Source of the DNA: Ranitomeya imitator
Lineage: Eukaryota
DNA: 64,000 bases
Direction: 5' to 3'
Assembly: GCF_032444005.1 (NCBI RefSeq)
Contig: NC_091288.1
Location: forward strand, 168,516,001-168,580,000
This document shows positions 1-9,929 of this stretch, piece by piece. Position 1 is the first letter of the stretch. Each line of letters starts with the position of its first letter. Made by a program: the position numbers and the translations under genes. The notes beneath the pieces are model-generated. The model was not told the origin of the DNA and did no database searches. It saw only the letters and a list, made by a program, of their open reading frames with translations.

Positions 1-1384
1 TGAATTGAAATGAAATGAATGAAATGGATGAAATGAATAGAAATGAAATGAATGAAATGAATGAACAAAATTAAAAATGAAAAAAAAATGAAAAAAATGA
101 AAAAAATGAAAAAAATGATGAATGAAAAAAATGAATGAAAAAAATGAAAAAAAGTAAATAAATGAAAAATGATGGAAAATAAAAATGAAATGAAATGAAA
201 ATAATAAAATGAAAAACTGATCGAAAGTAATGAGAAAAAGTGGAAAAATAAAAATTAAAAGTAAAAAATGGGTACGGGGAAGCACAGTCTTACCGTCTCC
301 ACTGTGCAGAAGGGTGAGGCTACTAGTGCAGTTGATTAAGTCTAGAGAAAAATAAAGTAGATCATGTTAGCCAGTCTATCTCGCGGTTCAAACCCCTGGG
401 GAGAAGGCTATCAAGGGTATAAATCCAGAACGTTTCTCGCTGTTTTAGCAACCGAATGTGGTTCCCTCCCCTTCTCGGGCGAGGGACTCTTTCTATAATC
501 TGAAATCTAAGTTGTGACACATTGTGTCTTGCCTCCTTAAAGTGCAATGGTAATGGTAGCCATGTTTTTTCGCATCTAATTGTGGATTTGTGGCTCGATA
601 TTCGATCTTTAATGGCCTGAGTCGTCTCTCCTACATATAATAACCCGCATGGGCACTTGATGATATAGACCACGTAGTTTGTGTCACAGGTGTAGTGCTC
701 CTTGATGGGATATGACTTCCCGGTCCGCGGGTGGACCACCTCATTGCCTTTAATGACGTTGGAGCAGCACCGGCAACTCAAACAGGGGAAAGTACCTGTT
801 CTACTTTGGCCCGTCAGAGTTCTATTTGAAGCTGTTTTGTGTGATCCTAGATCTGCCCTTACTATTTTATCACGTATATTCTTAGGTCGTCTGGTGCACA
901 TTAAAGGTGGATCTTTAAATATGGGGATGTTAGGATAGGCCTTGTTGAGGAGAGGCCAATGTGCTCGAATCAGGTTATGTATTTTATTCATTGTAGGGTG
1001 GTAGTTATGTACAAAGGGCAGACGTGGATTTTTTTGTTCTTGTACACCTGAGTCTAGATTATCAGAGTCTTGAAGTGCTCTAGAGGATTCCGTATTAAGG
1101 AGATCCGCCGGGTACTGGCGGGCTTTGAACTTGTTAGTCATTTCATGTAGCCTCAATTCTCTAGTGGAAGGATTGGACACGATTCTGGTTACCCTTTTAA
1201 ATTGTGATCTGGGGAGACTGTTTTTGATAGACCTGGGATGGCAGCTGTTATACAACAGAAGGCTGTTACAGTCAGTCGGTTTTGTAAAGATGTCAGTGCT
1301 TAAATTACCGATTGAATCTTTAATAATCTTAGTGTCTAGGAAGGTCACTTCGTCCTTGTGGTGGACCAATGTGAAGGACAGTTC
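1..1384 (-). mobile_element. Inverted partial copy of the Penelope-like element (RT C-terminus, GIY-YIG endonuclease and start of 3' UTR), running off the left window edge
   Basis: Reverse complement of ~3357-4738 with about 3 substitutions and ~2 nt of indel. ORF 362..1369(-) repeats the last 335 aa of ORF 1860..4379. Junction at 1384/1385. Confidence 0.95.
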
Positions 1385-1392
1385 AGTTATCT

Positions 1393-2106
1393 AGGATAAA
1401 AACCAAAACGGACTTCCTCCACCTACCCAGCAAGGACGTTAAATCAAGGGACTGGGAGAAAGAAAAGAAGAAACTCATTGGCTACGATTTGCACTGTGCA
1501 ACTTTAGGTGAATATCACCGTCAAGGGAAAATACCCAGAGGTCTACGTTGCAATCTTCGTCCAACCTTGTTTTCGGACAATGAAAAATACTGCACGACAT
1601 TCCAGAAGATTTTAAATAAATGTTCTTTTGACATCATATTGTTGACAATTGAGTACCTCCAGGAAGCTATTAAGAGCACAGAGGAGAAAATCGAGAGCAT
1701 CGAGACCCAACTGACCACTACCTTGAGTACTACTGAATTCGCCACACTGAAAAGTAAGGTGGACTCCATACTTACAACACACCAGAGAACTCTTGAAGAA
1801 AGGAAACGGACTAAATTCCAAAGAGATACTGAAGATTATCTCACCAACAACGTTTATAAATGGGAGGACCCATTTCCCAGACGACAGAGGCCAAGATATC
1901 GCCGTACACCAGGCGGGAACTACCACTCCGGGGGCTCTTCACCTGCAGGGGGATCCTCTGCAGGATCCGGCAGCGAAACTGGCGGGGCACAAACATCAGG
2001 TCTCTGTTTTTTAGGACAAAACGCACGCCAACCCGGAGGTCAAGGAAGAAGGGACGGGGACCGCCACATGACTCTCAGATCTCAGGTAGGAGTCCAAACT
2101 CGGTAG
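1393..2106 (+). CDS. PLE ORF1 (coiled-coil-like, then Arg-rich and Gly/Ser-rich tail), 5'-truncated at the inversion junction
   Basis: Frame is open from the junction (RIKTKTDFLHLPSK...LHCATLGEYHRQGKIPRGLR...) to TAG at 2104-2106. No native ATG; the ORF track starts at a TTG at 1489. Confidence 0.75.
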   Translation, partial: RIKTKTDFLHLPSKDVKSRDWEKEKKKLIGYDLHCATLGEYHRQGKIPRGLRCNLRPTLFSDNEKYCTTFQKILNKCSFDIILLTIEYLQEAIKSTEEKIESIETQLTTTLSTTEFATLKSKVDSILTTHQRTLEERKRTKFQRDTEDYLTNNVYKWEDPFPRRQRPRYRRTPGGNYHSGGSSPAGGSSAGSGSETGGAQTSGLCFLGQNARQPGGQGRRDGDRHMTLRSQVGVQTR

Positions 2107-4379
2107 TAAATATTTCTAACTATACTCTTTCTCCCTTAGAACTCAAAGTGCTTAACATGGGTCTATCCTTCTGCCCGACTCCTAGGTGGGATTCCTTTCA
2201 ACTTGAAAGGGACCTACAGCATTTGTATAGGAACATCAGACTGAAGGTACACTTTGAGGACTCTAGTAATTCCATCAGGCCTATTCCTATATTACACACT
2301 GAGGGACCCAGTATTACAATTGACCAACTTGGTCTTAGAAATCGAAGTACTTTTATTCCATCCAAATCAAACCATGCCGTAGAGACTTTTGTCAATCTTC
2401 TGGACAGAGACATTAAGAGAACTCTGCATGACCAACGATTAGGTTTCCTCCCTGTCCGCCACAATCTGAATCCGCTTGAAAAACAAGCTTTGAATTCACT
2501 ATGTGACAATAAAAACATCATTATTAAACCGGCGGACAAGGGGGGAGCCATCGTGGTTATGGATAAAAGCTTCTATGTTTCTGAAGTAAGGAGACAGCTC
2601 GCTGACACGACAACGTACAAAAAGATTCAAAATGATCCTACCCATGCCATACGTCAAAAGATTACCAGGATAGTTGACAAACACCTGCAACTTAAGACCA
2701 TCGATAATAAAACTAAAACATACCTCATTAACCACCATTCTGTGACCCCTGTCCTATACATATTGCCCAAAATCCACAAAAATCTCCAGAATCCCCCCGG
2801 TCGCCCTATTGTGGCATCGACTGTCTCCATTCTCAATCCACTATCCATATTCCTCGAAAAGCTCCTTACACCCTACACCAGAGTCACAAAGTCCTTTATA
2901 TTGGACACTGGGGATTTCCTAGGTAAAATCCGCAATATGAAAAGGATACCCAGCGACAGCCTCCTATGCACACTAGATGTAAATAGCCTATATACATCCA
3001 TTACCCACGATATGGGCATTGAAGCAGTGTCTCAAACCCTCAGTGAGGCCGAACTAGACAAAGGTACTCAAGAACTCTGCATTGATCTCCTCAATTTAGT
3101 GCTTAGGGAGAATTTTTTCATTTTTGAGGATGATTTTTTCCTGCAGACATGCGGCACGGCAATGGGGTCCAACGTGGCCCCAGGCTATGCAAACCTATAT
3201 ATGGATCGTTTTGAACGGGACTTCGTGTACACAAACCCCGGCTTTCAGCAGCATGCTCTCGCCTGGTATAGATACATAGACGATGTTTTTTGCGTATGGC
3301 GGGGAGACCAAACTAGCCTCCTAGAATTCTACGACACCATTAATACCGTCAGACCGGAACTGTCCTTCACATTGGTCCACCACAAGGACGAAGTGACCTT
3401 CCTAGACACTAAGTTTATTAAAGATTCAATCGGTAATTTAAGCACTGACATCTTTACAAAACCGACTGACTGTAACAGCCTTCTGTTGTATAACAGCTGC
3501 CATCCCAGGTCTATCAAAAACAGTCTCCCCAGATCACAATTTAAAAGGGTAACCAGAATCGTGTCCAATCCTTCCACTAGAGAATTGAGGCTACATGAAA
3601 TGACTAACAAGTTCAAAGCCCGCCAGTACCCGGCGGATCTCCTTAATACGGAATCCTCTAGAGCACTTCAAGACTCTGATAATCTAGACTCAGGTGTACA
3701 AGAACAAAAAAATCCACGTCTGCCCTTTGTACATAACTACCACCCTACAATGAATAAAATACATAACCTGATTCGAGCACATTGGCCTCTCCTCAACAAG
3801 GCCTATCCTAACATCCCCATATTTAAAGATCCACCTTTAATGTGCACCAGACGACCTAAGAATATACGTGATAAAATAGTAAGGGCAGATCTAGGATCAC
3901 ACAAAACAGCTTCAAATAGAACTCTGACGGGCCAAAGTAGAACAGGTACTTTCCCCTGTTTGAGTTGCCGGTGCTGCTCCAACGTCATTAAAGGCAATGA
4001 GGTGGTCCACCCGCGGACCGGGAAGTCATATCCCATCAAGGAGCACTACACCTGTGACACAAACTACGTGGTCTATATCATCAAGTGCCCATGCGGGTTA
4101 TTATATGTAGGAGAGACGACTCAGGCCATTAAAGATCGAATATCGAGCCACAAATCCACAATTAGATGCGAAAAAACATGGCTACCATTACCATTGCACT
4201 TTAAGGAGGCAAGACACAATGTGTCACAACTTAGATTTCAGATTATAGAAAGAGTCCCTCGCCCGAGAAGGGGAGGGAACCACATTCGGTTGCTAAAACA
4301 GCGAGAAACGTTCTGGATTTATACCCTTGATAGCCTTCACCCCAGGGGTTTGAACTGCGAGATAGACTGGCTAACATGA
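1860..4379 (+). CDS. PLE ORF2: reverse transcriptase + GIY-YIG endonuclease, uninterrupted
   Basis: Motifs KPADKGG, LYILPKIHK...PGRPIV, LDVNSLYT, GTAMGS, YIDD, FLD, and VYIIKCPCGLLYVGET...RE.FWI..L...P.GLN. No stops over 839 codons. Recognisable homology begins at VVNIS (~2103). Confidence 0.95.
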   Translation: MGGPISQTTEAKISPYTRRELPLRGLFTCRGILCRIRQRNWRGTNIRSLFFRTKRTPTRRSRKKGRGPPHDSQISGRSPNSVVNISNYTLSPLELKVLNMGLSFCPTPRWDSFQLERDLQHLYRNIRLKVHFEDSSNSIRPIPILHTEGPSITIDQLGLRNRSTFIPSKSNHAVETFVNLLDRDIKRTLHDQRLGFLPVRHNLNPLEKQALNSLCDNKNIIIKPADKGGAIVVMDKSFYVSEVRRQLADTTTYKKIQNDPTHAIRQKITRIVDKHLQLKTIDNKTKTYLINHHSVTPVLYILPKIHKNLQNPPGRPIVASTVSILNPLSIFLEKLLTPYTRVTKSFILDTGDFLGKIRNMKRIPSDSLLCTLDVNSLYTSITHDMGIEAVSQTLSEAELDKGTQELCIDLLNLVLRENFFIFEDDFFLQTCGTAMGSNVAPGYANLYMDRFERDFVYTNPGFQQHALAWYRYIDDVFCVWRGDQTSLLEFYDTINTVRPELSFTLVHHKDEVTFLDTKFIKDSIGNLSTDIFTKPTDCNSLLLYNSCHPRSIKNSLPRSQFKRVTRIVSNPSTRELRLHEMTNKFKARQYPADLLNTESSRALQDSDNLDSGVQEQKNPRLPFVHNYHPTMNKIHNLIRAHWPLLNKAYPNIPIFKDPPLMCTRRPKNIRDKIVRADLGSHKTASNRTLTGQSRTGTFPCLSCRCCSNVIKGNEVVHPRTGKSYPIKEHYTCDTNYVVYIIKCPCGLLYVGETTQAIKDRISSHKSTIRCEKTWLPLPLHFKEARHNVSQLRFQIIERVPRPRRGGNHIRLLKQRETFWIYTLDSLHPRGLNCEIDWLT

Positions 4380-4459
4380 TCTACTTTATTTTTCTCTAGA
4401 CTTAATCAACTGCACTAGTAGCCTCACCCTTCTGCACAGTGGAGACGGTAAGACTGTGC

Positions 4460-4800
4460 TTCCCCGTACCCATTTTTTACTTTTAATTTTTATTTTTCCA
4501 CTTTTTCTCATTACTTTCGATCAGTTTTTCATTTTATTATTTTCATTTCATTTCATTTTTATTTTCCATCATTTTTCATTTATTTACTTTTTTTCATTTT
4601 TTTCATTCATTTTTTTCATTCATCATTTTTTTCATTTTTTTCATTTTTTTCATTTTTTTCATTTTTAATTTTGTTCATTCATTTCATTCATTTCATTTCT
4701 ATTCATTTCATCCATTTCATTCATTTCATTTCAATTCATTTCATTCTTTTCTTTTCATTCTTTCCTTTTTCGTTTATTGGGTTCTTTTTATTTCATTTTA
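4460..4800 (+). repeat. (TTCAT/TTTTTCA)n low-complexity tract in the PLE 3' UTR, mirrored at 1-270
   Basis: Directly visible. Confidence 0.9.
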
Positions 4801-6614
4801 TTTAGTTTGGACTCCTACCATGCATCTGTATGTTTTACCATGTAACTGTCTTTGTCATGTATTGTACTGATCATTATGTACTGCCAGTCTGTATTCCTCA
4901 TAGCAGCGCTCCCTCCATCTACACATCACAGCCTCTCTCCACGCATTCCCTACACCCCTACGGCGTTTTCCAAAACAGTGCCTTCCTACATGCATGGCAC
5001 CACACTAGCGCCTGCAAGTCCTCTGCCCTTTTCACAAGGGCGCTCCATTTGTAACGCTGATTGCGCGCCCCCCCTCTCCTATAGCTCCCACTAGACAGGC
5101 TTTGGCATCCGTTCGGTCATCGGCAGACCTGGGCTTGCGTACACTGCGCAGGCCCAGGCTTTCTGTGGCAGACCGATGTGCTCCGCTGCTACTGCGCACG
5201 CGCGAGCGGCTGAAATCGCCATTGCGCATGCGCCGGCGTCCCTGCACTCGCTATGGACACATCACCACCCAGGGCCATAAATAGGTGCCTTCTGGGCACG
5301 TTCAGACAAGCGCTACTCCACGCAGTGACACTGTGAGTGTCTGCCCTTCCCACTTGCCCACCAACGCTGGTCCTGGCTACCTGTCTCCACGGACATCTGA
5401 GGACGGATGTGAGCAACTACCAACAGATAAGTTTTCTTTGTGCCGAGTGCCATACTCATGGTCCCCTTTTCTTTCTAGTGACATTGATCCCCTTATTCCG
5501 GCGGTTTAGTTTAGTATACATTGACCCTGGCTGGCTCCACAACCTAGCAGGTAGTGTTCTTTCCTCTCTACTGCATACACATTACCAGTAGCTTTGCAGG
5601 TACTTATTTTCTCTTGCCCCTCTCTAGCTACACGGACTTTCCCACAGTACTGGCTGTACTCTTCCAAGGTATCCAATTTTTGTTCTGGCGGGTCTCTTAA
5701 AGCGCACAGGTAGCTAGATATATTTCTTTCTATCATCATTATCATCTATTGGTTACCCGCACACTTAGATCTGTATGCATCTACATCTACCTTTACAGCT
5801 ATTGGTACACATACCTGTCTGCCCTGCACCACGGCGACCTCGGCACCATTACCACTAAGGTGATGTACATACAGAAGTGACTCCTTCTTTATGTTACATA
5901 GACGTTGCCAGTAGTTTTGCAGATATTTACTCGCTCTCCTTCTTTCCCCCCCTTTCCCCCTTCTCTTCAGCCATACGAATTTTCCCACATTACTGGTTAT
6001 ATTCTTCCAAGGTATTCAACTGTTGCTCTGGCTGGTCCCTTAAAGCACACAGGTAGTTATGTATCTTTACTTTTTATCATCCACCTACTTGTTACGTACA
6101 CACTGGATTATTTAGTGTATTTATATCTACCCATACAGCCATTGGTATACACCTGTCTGCCCTGCAACACGGCGACTACAGCATCATTAACACTAAGGTG
6201 ATGTGCATACATACATGGCGGCCATGCTAGGCCTATCTATAGTTGTACCTGAGGTCATACTAACACCAGTTATACAGCAGCCCAGCTCATTTTTCCTATT
6301 ACCCGTAACAGGTTATTTTCCTTTTTCTCTTGGCTGACACCCCAGCAGCAATATTTACGCATCGGTAGGAAGAATCTACTACCTAAGGGTATGCTGGACT
6401 ATTTTTCCCTACCGTCTCTTCTGTTACTAATTATCTATTGTGCATCTCTCTTGCTCCATTGTTTTTGTTCCTTGTTAATTATTGATGGTATGGGCCTATT
6501 TAGCCTCCTTTTCCTCGACACAAGTATTGACGTGTTTTCTGAACTGTATATATGTATATATGTAATTTTGTCCCTGTACATAGTTATTTACTACTGTTCT
6601 GTTCTATTTGTTTC

Positions 6615-6668
6615 AGCGATTTAGTGAACAAGGCCAGGGGCTGGCCGAAACGTTTTATACTTATCGCT
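6615..6668 (+). ncRNA. Minimal type I hammerhead-like motif with G3:C8 core
   Basis: GUGAACA-A, stem II GGCCAG/CUGGCC (loop GGG), GAAAC, palindromic AAACGTTT, distal stem I AGCGAT/ATCGCT; AATAAA ~20 nt downstream. Confidence 0.65.
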
Positions 6669-7048
6669 TCACCTGAACATTTGTCTAATAAAATTATCCA
6701 CATGAATTGAATATCTTCATCGTACGAGTGCAGTGATTTTACGTTCTATGTTCTGACCTTATGGCAGCTGACATGCATCATGATGTGGTGTGCGGTTCAT
6801 GGTTATCATACTTTGCTGAGTCACCAATGAGGTAAGATGTCGGGACCATTTTGTGTGGTACAGGTATTGTTGTTGGCTCTTGAAAGGGTACTTTTGTGAG
6901 CTCTATTATGATTTGTTGAGAAAAAATAGGCCGGGTTTATCTGGTGGGGTAACATCTATTTAAATGGACCCTGGTATCAGTTTTTGCCTTGGGAGACTCA
7001 CATAGACTACCAGACATGGTGGAGTTTTCTCTTTCCAGCTGCTTAATT

Positions 7049-7083
7049 CCCTGCTGAGTCCCGGTGGGATGAAACGCGTTGGC
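7049..7083 (+). ncRNA. Degenerate minimal hammerhead motif (A6C) in a second PLE tail remnant
   Basis: CUGCUGA-G, stem II UCCC/GGGA, GAAAC-GC-GUU (palindrome AACGCGTT); GGGTGAGA donor-like motif ~100 nt downstream. Confidence 0.6.
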
Positions 7084-8456
7084 TGAAATGGCACTTGTTT
7101 TCTTCTAAATGGATTATGGTGTAACACCTTCAGCTCAATGGGAAAATTTGTGTATACTCTGGAGATCTTTTTCCTGACTGGATGGGTGAGATTGTTCCTA
7201 TTATTGATCTTCATTGTCTATATGGGGCAATGTGAGTAACTTGTTATTTCCATAATACAGATAACTCTGCCCTAATGGTTCATTTTGTCTATTCTTTGCT
7301 ACATTGCCAGTATTACTGATGTTGGTGGCCTTATGATAGACAGCCTGTCTTCTGACTCGACTATTTTGGTTTATATTAAGGGATATTGACTTTTATGGTT
7401 GTTGTGTCTGTACATTTTAATTCACCCATAAATGTTAAGTTTTAAAGGTCCCTAATTTGCTAATTTTGAATTTAACTTATGGGATTTATATCTCTGCAAC
7501 AGTTGTTGTACCGTATGTATTAATATACTAATTCTACAAAATATACATGTTTATGCACCATCCTTTTCAACATGTTACTTTTTTAAATTGTTTTCAGTGT
7601 TTTTCATGGTAACCACTGTGTAAGCCAGCCAGCTGTGAACTGTTTTGATCTCCATAAAATTTCCGCAAAGGACAACGTGTGAGTTGACCCCAGCTGTGAA
7701 CTGCGGTAACCTTAATTATGTCACTGCTCGTCACTGACACTGGATATCACGCTGCTCTCAATGTGTTCCAGTGGCCTGGGTGAGCAGTAACGTTACTGAT
7801 GTCACAACTCATCACAGCCTCCGGATGTAGCATAGTGATCGTCGTGGGACATTGATGTGATTTAGTGAGGACCTGCATTTTTTTGGAGGGGGGAAATAAA
7901 TTGGTGAAAGAGAGTGTCTGGGTTTTTATTTTCGAACAAACGACTTTTCTGTGTGTGTTTATTGAAGTTTACTTACAGGGTTTGCAATGGGGGTGTCTGA
8001 GTGACACCTCTCCATTACTAACACGTTGGATTGATGTCAGCTGTGATTTTTGACAAATCACAGCTCTCATCAACCCTATATTGTACCCCAAATTCCACCA
8101 CACCAAGGCTATTTGGATGAGCCGGGTAAAGGGCCAGAATTGGCACATCTACTGTGATGCGTCAATTCTGGGGAAGCTGCGAGCTTCTATATTTTGGCTG
8201 GAGAGTGTCCAATAAGCATAGACCGAGATAACAGAAGCCCACAGCTACCTGCTTCATCTGTGCTGGTTTTAAAAAATAGGGGGGGGACCACACGCTGTTT
8301 TTTTTTTAATTATTATTTATTTAATAAGTAAAAAAAAAAACATGGTGAGATGGAAGGAGAGGGAGAGGGACAAAAAAGCTTACCACGCTGAGAATGTATA
8401 GCTGGAAATTTGGCCTCCTCCTGAGGGTGCCATTTTCACTGGTGATCACAGGAAGG

Positions 8457-8638
8457 TAGACAAAAAATGAGGAAAGATTCTAGCACAACCATCCACTTAG
8501 CCTATGACTAAGGGTGTGTAAACACCTGAAACTCATCAGGTACGAGACCTCGCCCTTTAACGTTTTAACTACGTTTGAATAAAGAATCCATTTTATCCCT
8601 GGATGGTTGTGCCACAATCTTTCCTCATTTTTTGTCTA
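8457..8638 (+). mobile_element. Short PLE terminal fragment: decayed hammerhead + AATAAA bracketed by 39-bp inverted copies of the tail
   Basis: Arms 8457-8495 and 8600-8638 (2 mismatches); TGACTAAG-GGTGT-GTAA-ACACC-TGAAAC at ~8505-8532; AATAAA ~8578. Confidence 0.6.
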
Positions 8639-9099
8639 AAAAACACTGTCTGTCTAGCTCTCTATCTCTATTTATCTATCTATCAACTACCTATCTCTAT
8701 CTTTGAATATCTTTGATACATAACACTCTTTAATTTCTATGGAGCATTTCATAGGTGTCACACTGACAGCACATGGATGCACGGATATGGACAGCACACG
8801 GATACAGGGGAGTCACATGGATAACACACATGTACAAATGGATGGCACATGGACACAGACCGCAGATCTCACTGAAACTGTTTTTTCCTGTACCAGAAAC
8901 ACAATGATGTGTGAAGGGGGCCTAAAGCTGAATCTGTCAAACTGAACTCCTTGTGATTCTTCACTCTCCTATCCTTCCTAATTCCAATATAGCCATTTCC
9001 GTGTGTGGTTATACTATTGCTCCCAAGTAGCAGGCCCGCTGTCTTGGGGTTATATGTTACGTCCATTCACTCACTCATTTCACCTACACCTCAAAAACA

Positions 9100-9430
9100 T
9101 TTCTAGAATTCGACCTTTTCTTTCCTTTGACTCTGCAAAACTCTAATTGTTGGTCTTATTCATTCTTCTCTGGATTATTACAAGTCTCTACAAATCAGTC
9201 TCCTGCTTACTACACTCTCTCCTCTCCTGTCCATCCTGAAGGTAGCAGCCAATATCATATTTCTGTGCAACCGGTACACCAATGCATCTGACCTGTGCTA
9301 GTCATTGCACTGGGTGCTCAACTACTACAAATTCAAATATAAGCTTATCACTCTCATCCACAAAGCTCCCCACAATTCTGCACATCTCTTCCCTTAAGTC
9401 TCTCTATCACCTTACCTGTGCCCTCCATTC
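9100..9430 (+). mobile_element. Degenerate L2 LINE RT C-terminal fragment
   Basis: Resembles the L2 segment at 22254-22727 (LHW.., FK..L.HKA.HN-like stretch). Confidence 0.45.
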
Positions 9431-9929
9431 CAAGTGTTGATGTGTCTAAAATTCTTTGGAGATGTCAGGATGAGGAGTTGCTAGAGGAAGGCAAATATAT
9501 TGCGCTGCAAGATACATAGAACTTTTTGAGAACAAACTGTCATCTCTTGTCTCAGTAATGGGAAAATCTGTATTCATTGCTAACAAATTTTGCTCATGAT
9601 TTCAGAATTTTGAGAAGGAGTCATCAGTCCAGGAGGACAGAAAAGCTTATTTGTTATAACATATATAACAAAGTTTCTAAATTTCAAAGGTATTATTAAT
9701 TTCTGAAAAAGAAATAAAACAAAATGTACTAAAGGAAGGTGTTGTATTTGGGCACGTAGCAGATACAGAACAACCACGTCCTCTTTCTGCAGCAGCTACA
9801 CCACCATGAGCAGTTGCTCCAGCTCCACCATAGCCATGTCCCCTATTTGATGCTCTCTTCATATTTAGAAGTGTTTTTTCTGCACATTAATCGCAAAGAG
9901 ATGGTAGGAGAGTAGATTTTTGTTTTCTG

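Larger units (their letters stand above)
1385..6745 (+). mobile_element. Penelope-like retroelement (Neptune-type), 5'-truncated, with a long 3' UTR ending in hammerhead-like motif, AATAAA and GAGTGC tail
   Basis: ORF1 + RT/GIY-YIG ORF2. Cys-rich linker (FPCLSCRCC) and CPCG in the endonuclease, typical of the Neptune clade. Hammerhead-like motif 6615-6668, AATAAA ~6687, ACGAGTGCAG ~6724. The right boundary is approximate. Confidence 0.88.

Noticed and set aside
2030-2065. Pseudoknot (CCCG/CGGG plus GGTC/GACC) as frameshift stimulator
   Set aside because: Loop 3 would be 0 nt and the structure starts ~18 nt after the slip site, too far and sterically implausible.
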